Notes under the pieces: model-generated
Told to the model about the DNA's origin: nothing
Databases searched by the model: none
The model's input: only the letters and a program-made list of their open reading frames with translations
Shown here: positions 54,821 to 63,467 of the stretch, one piece after another
Layout of the letters: every line of letters starts with the position of its first letter
Position numbering within the stretch: the stretch's first letter is position 1
Made by a program: the position numbers and the translations under genes
DNA from: Trypanosoma brucei
Lineage: Eukaryota
NCBI GenBank assembly: GCA_000002445.1
Contig: CP000067.1
Span: forward strand, 256,001-320,000
Direction: 5' to 3'
Length of the DNA: 64,000 nt

Positions 54821-55026
54821 CTATAAGTTTAGTCGCGTTTTTACCTAACAACAGACGGGAAAGGTATAGACATGCGTGTCAGTGCGCTTGCCACACTGTA
54901 CGAATAAACGGAGCCAGAAACTCTCGGGCAGCTGGAAGCTAACAGGTGGCGCAAAAACATATTTATTCGCAACTCAATTAACAGCACATTCAACACGAAA
55001 GGCCCTCATACCCAAGAGTAAAATTG

Positions 55027-56034
55027 CTACACTTCGTCCTCAACGACACAGTGCTCCAGTGAGTAGGGTTGTACATTGCAGTTTCCACCGCACGTGTATA
55101 CCAACACGCTCCCAAAATGAAGAGAATGATCCTTCTCCTCTTTTCCCTTAGTCAAAAAATAAATGATTGGGGACGTGAGCTGTAGTTCGTACCGTCTTTC
55201 ATTCGAGCAACGGGGGCATCTCGGGATAACTATCGGAGCTGGGGAAGAGCGCAGCGGCTTTTGGCCGGGCCCCCATCGGACACACTGAGAAGGAACCCTA
55301 CCTATTCGGTCCACATACTTCCTCAGAAGTTTTTCCGCCAAAGGTTCATCTTCATCCTCGACCACGGTTGTTTCCACAGCATCTTCGCCGTACGTCTGTT
55401 GCGCCTTGAGCAACTGATCTGGGACAGTGCCGTAGCATAGCTTCGGTTTGGGTGGTTCTTCAAATATATTGAGCACGAAACACGGATAGCAAAAACCCTC
55501 AACAGGAACTTTTGTCCCGTGGGGCACAAGAACCGAAGAGACATCAGTGGATTGAGTTGGCGAGCCCACCTTACATTCATCCGCCATCGTCGTACAGGTT
55601 AGGTTTGTAATGCATACTTCATTGGGACCCTCGTCCACGTATTTAGGATCATCATCACCCCAGTCACCATCTTCTACAAATGTAATGCCCTCATCTTCCC
55701 CACCGCCAACAACAGGGGCAGGTGAAGACTGGACATAAGATGGGTTGAAGTTCTGTGAACGGACTGCAAAGCAGAAACTACCTTTTCCTTCGCTGCAGGA
55801 AGAGCAAATAAGCACGTACACTATACGGTCGTACACATCCAGGGGTGCATATATTTGTGTCAGCAGTGATACCCACCGGGAACTCCTACATTTAGGACAG
55901 TTGAAAATGCTATAGGTTGGTGCCTCTCGAAACAAAACAGCTGAACCACCAATCCTTGACGTGAACGGTGAGGAAAGTTCACTTCCATCCGCCTCTGTTG
56001 GTGTACCAAGCCAGACAACTTCCTTCTTTGCCAT
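55027..56034 (-). CDS. programmed cell death protein 2 (PDCD2/TSR4)-like
   Basis: N-terminus MAKKEVVWLG...SRIGGSAVLF...CPKCRSSRWVSLLTQIYAPLD matches the PDCD2 N-terminus (kvGG.PaWL...C..C...l.fLLQvYAPl). C-terminal CPRCSNERRYELQL...YTCGGNC matches the PDCD2_C region. ORF-track start 56118 is TTG; ATG at 56034 checked. Confidence 0.6.
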   Translation of the reverse strand: MAKKEVVWLGTPTEADGSELSSPFTSRIGGSAVLFREAPTYSIFNCPKCRSSRWVSLLTQIYAPLDVYDRIVYVLICSSCSEGKGSFCFAVRSQNFNPSYVQSSPAPVVGGGEDEGITFVEDGDWGDDDPKYVDEGPNEVCITNLTCTTMADECKVGSPTQSTDVSSVLVPHGTKVPVEGFCYPCFVLNIFEEPPKPKLCYGTVPDQLLKAQQTYGEDAVETTVVEDEDEPLAEKLLRKYVDRIGRVPSQCVRWGPGQKPLRSSPAPIVIPRCPRCSNERRYELQLTSPIIYFLTKGKEEKDHSLHFGSVLVYTCGGNCNVQPYSLEHCVVEDEV

Positions 56035-56214
56035 CCTAACTTTCGTTGCGCGTACGTACAATCGTTCCAACAAGTGTAAAACAAAAACAACCCGCGTGGA
56101 CTCAAGCAGAGAAAACAAAAGTTTAGTTGAGCTAGCAAATTAAAAATGGTTTTGTTCACTAAAAGAATAACCGCGTGATATAGCTTTAACAACATAAGCA
56201 CTAATATTTCCTCC

Positions 56215-56826
56215 CTAAAAAAATTCGAGCAGCGATGCTGTCAGCCACCCGCTGCCGTATGCTTCTCTCAGGTAATACGACGAATTATAGGGGCACTGGG
56301 CAACTACATCACCAATTGTGCATGTCCTAAGAGGAAACAACTCCCTTTGCGGAGAAGCGCCATCACCGGTGGTTACTATGCCATTGCTAATCGACGTTTC
56401 ATGAAACTCAGCGCAAATCCTTTCTGTACATTTCCTAAACACAAGAAGTGGATTCCTGACCCCCCGTCGACGATCCGACCTAGCACCAAAGCACTTCGAA
56501 TCCAATTCGTTCATGAGTAGTTGAAGTTTTTCGGTATGATTCGCCTGAACGAACCCGATATCTAGATCAGCGTCCCATAGTAGCAGCCTCCCCAGACGCG
56601 CGGACCCGAGGAGCGTACCATTCTGCAACCAGCAGTCTACGCTATTTGACCTGAACACTTGTAGTGAGCAGTTAAGGACGTTCTGAAACGCTGCCTCTCT
56701 GTCATAGTAAACATTGTAGCAAAAATCTACGGTCACACTTATTACATATACTAACAACACGAACACAATTGCACGTACCCATGATACTCCAATTCCTCCC
56801 CCTTCCTTTCGATGAACATCCACCAT
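56215..56826 (-). CDS. LicD / fukutin-family protein (putative phosphotransferase), type II membrane topology
   Basis: N-terminal signal-anchor VRAIVFVLLVYVISV. WLQNGTLLGSARLGRLLLWDADLDIGF matches the LicD/fukutin core (GTLLGsvReg.fIPWDDDvDi). ATG at 56826. Confidence 0.5.
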   Translation of the reverse strand: MVDVHRKEGGGIGVSWVRAIVFVLLVYVISVTVDFCYNVYYDREAAFQNVLNCSLQVFRSNSVDCWLQNGTLLGSARLGRLLLWDADLDIGFVQANHTEKLQLLMNELDSKCFGARSDRRRGVRNPLLVFRKCTERICAEFHETSISNGIVTTGDGASPQRELFPLRTCTIGDVVAQCPYNSSYYLREAYGSGWLTASLLEFF

Positions 56827-58057
56827 TTGATTTGGTGGCGAGTGATATCAGATCTTGACGTCGAGCTAATGAGACTCAGTACGAAAAAAGTGCACGCAAC
56901 CTTTGTTTTCGTGGCAATGACAAAAGGTTCAAGTACCTTTAATGTGCGTAAAGAAGTTTTTTATAAAAAACTAAATTCATTTTTTGAAGCCCCACCAATC
57001 GGAACCCATCCACTCCTTCAATACTAACCACAGTGAAGTACTGGGATGTTATCGTGCAAAATAAAAAGGGTTGTGCATACGTGCTTATGCAACATAATTG
57101 ATTTCGTTCCACCCCCGTGTCAGATTTTCCTGGTTAGCACCTCCAACGTTTTGCTGGTACCTTTAAACGACAAATCTGTTTAGACAACATAGGAAAAGGC
57201 AAAGGAGTGAAAAGAAAACGTTAAAGGTGCCGCTGAAGGTTTGCACCACCTCAAAAAAACAAATAAATAAATAAAACGACGGTGGGGTAGAGAAGCGACT
57301 GCTGGTGGCGTAAACGGTGGATGCTGCAACCTCCGAAAAATGGCATATCTCTCTCAGGTCGTGGAGAGCAAACCATTCAACTAGAATGGCGAAAAGGAAG
57401 CACGGCAGACAAGTGCGCTTCTTCAAATCGCACGCACGCACGCACCATCACAGTGAAAAGGGGTATATGACACCTTTAGTTGGCTTCATGAACCAATGTA
57501 CAAATATTAGTAATACCATGTCCGAAAAATACAAGTCGCATTGCGCAATCAAACCGACGACGGGTTTGAGAAAGATGTGCCTTCAAGTAGTTGGTAAAAG
57601 GAGGGAAAGTTCGTACACACAAGCGAATGTGAGAGAGCCGCAATAATGGTTTCCCCGCTCTTCTGTTATTACACCGCCTGAATGAGACATTGTCCCTTCC
57701 CATCACCCTCAACAAGTTGATTACACCCATGGCACCAAATCTCCGCGTTGTGGAAACACGCGGCACGCCCATAATAAGCAGGCAAACTCACTACCACCCC
57801 ACACACATTTACGTCATTGGGAAGTTCTTGGCGCTCAACTTGGCTTGGGTGACAGATACAGCATTTTTTCTCTAGTTTCAGCGGCATAAAAATGGTTAGC
57901 TGCGGTTGAGCAGGACGTCAACAATCGTTAAATTCGGTGAATGGATCCTCCCCACCACCCCACCACCAAAAGGGAAAAAATGCAATCACGCGCAAACACG
58001 GCAAATCATAAAAACGCACTGAGGGGCCGCTTGATCATTAGGTAACCACACATTTGC

Positions 58058-58060
<3 letters not shown>

Positions 58061-58088
<28 letters not shown>
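58061..58088. repeat. (AC)n microsatellite
   Basis: acacac... x14 at 58061-58088. Confidence 0.9.
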
Positions 58089-61000
58089 CAAAATGGCACC
58101 ATCCTTAAAGTGAGGCGGAAGGGTAAGGGACATTTTCACCTTCCCATCAATCACTTAAAGCGACATAAGTGGCAGTAAGTGTGGCAACTTCAAGGGAAAA
58201 GGCAGTCCAAGTTGACAAGAGAAGGCAACATTATCCCAGCGGATATTCAACAAAATGTGAGATGCTGGGTTCTATCTAGTAAGCAGAACGGCATCTTACC
58301 CCTTCCTTTGAAGGGTGAACCCACATAATTAAACAAAGAGAAAAAGAAAATATCTGAACAAAAAACCAACGTACTCACTTATAAGTGTATATTGTAGCTT
58401 GAATGAAGACAGTGAGGCGCAGCACTCGATAAAGAATAAAATTTTGTTGTCAACCGTTCGCCGCAGTGAAAGATCACATAAAGGAAATACAGTGCGGGAA
58501 TCACCGCAAAACTTTCCAGAGTCCGTCTTCATCCTTCAAATCAACCTCCATAAAGACGACGAGTTGGAACAGCAAATTCCGAGCCGCTACAACCTCCAGC
58601 CGACGTAGTGCAAAACTGTGAAGCTCTCACATATTTAGCCGACGATCCAATCCTGTTTTTTTCTCTTTTCACACACTGCTGCATTCAAAAGTAGAAAGCG
58701 AGCAGAACAATTTGAACTTAAAAAACGGGGAAGCTAGGCTGTGACATATATCCCACAGCTGTGATCACCCAACTCCCAGCGCTGGGGATAAAACTGGAAA
58801 GTTAATCAGGGAAACAAACGAATGCATCAGACGCTCCTACAGGAAAAAAAAAGATCTGACTCATTCTAATTGACCCAGAAGCGCAAAAGGTTATAGTATC
58901 GCTGCTGTGAAGAGTAGCTTCATCACCACAACCGTCGCGTGGCATCAGCAACCCCTAACACCACATTACAGCAACTGTTACACGGTTTTTTAAAAAAAAA
59001 TCGTACCGTTAAGGGTACCAGCCTAAACAAAGACGTAAAAGCGTCCCTAATAGCATCGATTATTGAAAATGCTGAGTGAAAAATGTGCCTCACGTACCAA
59101 AGCAGTGCGTAAGCTCTTCTTATGCACAACTCAACCCAAGCCTTTCGGGGTCAAGGAAGTTTTTTTCTTGGATGGCCGTATGTACAGCCCAGCACTCGAG
59201 GGAAGCGCAGTCCGCGCAAAGGTAGTAAGGCATTGGGGTGGTGAACCCTCAAAAATGAAATTCCAGCGCATCACTACGAACGCATAGTCAAGCGTTCGGA
59301 ACCCTTGTACAAAACCAAACATCAAAAAGAGTTGCTGATGCAAATGGCGTACAAGTGAGGGCGCTCACAGAAGTTGTTAGCGCCTGCACCACTGTCACCC
59401 CCTCCCCTTCCCATCTCTCCATATGTCGGGTCAGTTATGTGCTTACCGATGGGCAAAACGGTTGAATAATAAGCAACAAACCGTAGTAACCTTCATTTTG
59501 ACTTCAACACAAAAACATTCTTGGCTTTCGCAGATATCCCCGCTCCAAGAGGATTGAAAGGACCGCACATACAACTGAACCTCCAAACAGCCAAAAGGGG
59601 GAAAGTCACCGGCACAACCTAACATCCACCACGCAAGAAGGATACAGAAGTGCCACGTCACAAAAATCAGTACATTCACTACACTAATACCTTCGCTTCG
59701 GACTGGTTACAACCAGTTCGCCGCGAGATAGGGCGCTACTGGATGAAGCTCGCAACCCCTTCACACCTCGCCCACAAAAGTCCAGGATACTTTACAGCAC
59801 ATTGTATGGTCCCCTTCAACGGCGACGACCACGACTGCATTGCACAATTTTGACGGATGGTTTTAAAAAAACAAGCGGAAGAAACAGGGGAATGTGCACA
59901 TACGATCCAACAAAGAACGTAGTAGCAGAATCAGGCTCACGAATTTCATCCTTGCAGCATCTTGCCGCTCCGGAAACCATATAAACAGTAACTTGAAAAC
60001 ACATTTCCACTACTACGCATACACAGAAAATAATGTGTGGTGCGCCGCGGAAGAACGTGCACGCCGACACATAGCAGATGCATCAATAAAGCAAACTAAG
60101 ACCAAATAACACAGGTTCAAACGGTTACATTGGTCGCATCACAAAGTAGCACTGGTAGCCGGTACAAATGCTAACAATGCCCAAACTTCTCAACGAATCA
60201 ACAAGTTATGTCCCTTCGTTGTTGAAAGAATCACATGATCATAAACACACAAGTACGTTTCCACAACCTACCTTCTCCCAGTCCACAAGACAAATAACGG
60301 ACTGAACAGTCCACTATGATGTCCCTTATTACTTTTTTTTCTTTAAAAAAATGACAAAGAACAGTTCTTCTGTCATAGTGTTGCTCCCAGAAAGTCCCAT
60401 TGAACACATGGGGTGGTAGAACACACGTAACCTCATTACCACTCGTGGTGTGGTACCTACATTGTACCCAATATGCAGATCGGTTATCAGAATCAGTTAA
60501 TCACACCAACACTGCAATTCTTTCCGCGAGTACCGACACATGTTATTCGAAGTGACGGCGTGATGTCAGCGACACGTGGCGACGGCGGTGCCGTAACCCC
60601 AGCGCCTGCTTCATGGCCAACATAAATAAGTTCCTGGTAATAGCTGGTTAAGACCTATTGCACCAACTATGTCGAATTACCGCCCAAGACTTAAAAACCG
60701 CGGCAGCTGAAGGAGGGAATGACACAGAATGGGTCAGGAAGCGGGAGAGAAATGATGATATTCACCTCCCCTACTTCTATTTGCAAAGCTTTAAAAAAAA
60801 CTCTACTATTCTCCATCCACCTCATAGCTGAGGTTGAGACCCTCAAATGAATTTCCACAGAAACACACACACACACCCGAAACCTTCTGTAACCCACCGC
60901 ACCAAACCATCATTGGGATCTCCGCTTCCGACTCTTTGCATGGATCAAGTGCAGGAAGATACATTACCAAGGAAAGAACACAAACGTAACTAGCACTACA

Positions 61001-61905
61001 AAAAAAAAAACTAACCTAATGAGGAGGGGCACAATGGAAGAAAATGCCCTGAAAGGACCGTGACACTTCGCCAGCACCATGGAAATCAAGCACGATTCTT
61101 CCAATCGCTTATAAAGGCACGAGTTTGACCACTCGCGTTTAACCTGGAATAGCAGAAGCCAGCAATCACTGTGTTCCAGATGGGGACCGTTATCCAGGCA
61201 TCGCAAGGCGGACCCGCTGCAACAGATACTTCTGTAAGACTAGGAAATATTCAAACAGAGAAATAGGTGAGGAAAACTGTATTTGTTCGAGGTGAAAAAA
61301 AACTCCCAGGAGCATCTGCCAACAAACACACGGGTGTGGAGTTCGGTGTAATCGCCCCCTGATGGTGGCGGGGGCGGCGTACCCTTAGAGGGGCTAAGTT
61401 CACGCGCAAGATGGGAACGCAGCCAAATATGCTTAAAAGCAGGTACAGTCACTCGCTTCAATGGGGGTGATAGCCTCGGACGGCGCGGTAGAACCCGAGT
61501 GGACACACTTCTGAGGCCACACCATCCTCACCACGTTACATCCGAATGCGGTGCTGGAACTTGCTTCGCCCGCGAATTTTATTGAAGGCACAGTGTCTTT
61601 CCAACGGGGAAAGAGGTTACCTCTGATGAGAGGATGTGTGAAATCACCGCCACACTCTATCTCCAAACGGCATTGGGGAAAAATTGGAAAGGTGGCGGAA
61701 ATAACTGCAGGGCCCTCTCCCGAAAAGGAAGAAAAAAGTCGCCATTAGCGCTTCCTACGACAAAATGTGAAAGCTTTGTACATCTTTATGAAGGATTGGA
61801 AAGAAAAACGAGGGGAAGTATTTTAGAACACACTCCGTCACTGACGAAAGCGGAAACCCCAGGGCGAGGCCGACACCTCGTCACTCACCCTTCCCACTAG
61901 ATGCG

Positions 61906-61910
61906 GAAAA
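61906..61910 (-). terminator. Pol III terminator T-run (T5) downstream of the tRNA-Pro
   Basis: Minus-strand GC then TTTTT follows the discriminator base (plus strand aaaaa at 61906-61910). Confidence 0.5.
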
Positions 61911-61912
61911 AG

Positions 61913-61984
61913 CGGGCCGTTGCGGGAATCGAACCCGCGGCCTCCTGTACCCGAAACAGGAATCATGCCACTAGACCAAACGGC
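61913..61984 (-). tRNA. tRNA-Pro (anticodon CGG)
   Basis: Minus-strand read GGCCGTTTGGTCTAGTGGCATGATTCCTGTTTCGGGTACAGGAGGCCGCGGGTTCGATTCCCGCAACGGCCC. 7-bp acceptor stem GGCCGTT/AACGGCC. A box TGGTCTAGTGG. Anticodon stem CCTGT/ACAGG with loop TTCGGGT (anticodon CGG, G37). B box GGTTCGATTCC. Nearly identical to canonical eukaryotic tRNA-Pro. Confidence 0.85.
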
Positions 61985-62059
61985 CACCGCGTCAGGGGCG
62001 ATAATTAATATACTTCTGGGTGCCACCTAAATTTCCACGTTCAGTCGTTGTTGACATTT

Positions 62060-62236
62060 GTTCAGGTGAGGCGATGCCGGCCACCTCAACGTGGTGCCAT
62101 GGTCCAGTACCCCGTATCATCGGGGGAAGCCAAGAGCCAGCAGCATTCCTTTCATGGGGAACAATGCTTTGCTTTTGCAACGGCACCGAGCAGCACTGAG
62201 ATGAGCCGCGCCGTGATGGAGAACATTTTTTTTTTG
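62060..62236 (+). ncRNA. candidate Pol III small RNA, divergent from the tRNA-Pro and ending in a T9 run (speculative)
   Basis: The stretch lies about 80-250 nt upstream of the tRNA 5' end on the opposite strand. GC-rich with hairpins (ccacctcaacgtgg; ccccgtatcatcgggg) and ends ...gagaacattttttttttg (T9 at 62227-62236). In T. brucei, Pol III snRNA-type genes pair with a divergent upstream tRNA whose A/B boxes act as the promoter. No match to a small RNA I can recall. Confidence 0.15.
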
Positions 62237-63467
62237 TAGAGCCCTGGGCACGTGTTCTCGTGCTATCGGCAGTTTGTTCTATGAATCACTGATTTGTTTC
62301 CGTTGGACTGATAAGTGTTCATGAGGCAATTTTCACCTTGCAGTGGCAGCTGTAGTCTCTCGACTGAGTGAAAGATGTGTGTGAGTTTGTCGTCCGAAGC
62401 GAAAAGGTGATGTAGTTGGCGGCGCTTAATGAAATAGCTGCGGTGCTGTTGACTGTTCCTCATGCGTGGAACGGGCGTAAAGCGGCATTTAAGAGGGTGC
62501 TGCATGTTTGATGTGTTTTCACTTCCGGAATAATTCGGTGGTGGCGTAGACGTACTACTATGTTTGTTGCAGCGGCCGTAGCGCTGAGTTATTGCACCGG
62601 TCAAGAAGTAGAACTAGAGCACGGGGAAAATGAAAAACCAGTAGTTTTGTGCTCAGGCGTATACCCAAAGTGTTCCGTATGTGTTGAGTAGGATAAACGG
62701 AGAAAAAAATGGATGAGAGCGTGGCGTTCACCAGAGTGGGTGCAATTAGAGGGTCCCCGAACTAACGGTTAAAAAATATATCACTTTTCCAGGTTGTCAC
62801 AGGAGTTTTGTCACATGAGCCCGCTATGTGCAGCCCCTAAGCATCAAGGGAAGAATCTTTGTAAGTATAGGAACACCGATCGTAATAAATGGGCGCAGAG
62901 ACTGCCGGTGTTGTTGAGTTCTAGATTAAGGTAAACACAAGTTTTTAATTCCGAGCACGAAGTGTGTTGTAATTGAAGGGTATGTATCATTTATAGTGTG
63001 TGCTACTGGGTGTTTCTCACGCACAAGAAATACTTTGTTGATACCACAAAATCAAGAATACTGTAGTCTTTTTCCTCACGGAATGTAGAAAAATCGAAGG
63101 TGAATGCAAGGTCGTCACTTTAGCGTATACAATGGTTTCATCTCATTTTTTATCTTTCTTTTACTGACCTGGAAATAACGCTTTTGTTACCCCGGAGTCA
63201 GATGATAGGTGGGCCTTTCAGGGAGACGGGGAACAAATACAATGCAAGTGGAGATGACAAGGGTGTGGTAGATGAATGATTCGCAATATGGGGGGAACTT
63301 GCGGTAAATTTACTATCTCTTGTACAGGTGTTGGTTGTATGATCGTACTTAGTATTGTGGAAGTGTTTTTTTTTCACCATTGTTTTGTACGTGTTGTATC
63401 TGTTGTTGTTGGGTGGTAAAGTGTTTATATTTTGTTTTTTGTGTGTTTGGGTAGGGAATTGTAGGTA

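Larger units (their letters stand above)
57000..63467. promoter_or_regulatory. divergent strand-switch region (putative bidirectional Pol II transcription start region) between the minus-strand and plus-strand polycistrons
   Basis: No ORF over 115 aa on either strand. Minus-strand genes end at 56826 and the plus-strand gene begins at 63468. The minus strand is G/T-rich over 57000-61900 (plus strand A/C-rich, with (AC)n at 58061-58088). The plus strand is G/T-rich over 62260-63460. It contains the tRNA-Pro. Confidence 0.55.

Noticed and set aside
61400-61560. GC-rich stretch upstream of the tRNA (..ggtagaacccgagtgg..) as a possible second tRNA or tRNA-like gene.
   Set aside because: It has no A box / B box pair (no GGTTCGAnTCC-type T-arm) and no 7-bp acceptor pairing. 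It does not fold as a cloverleaf by eye.
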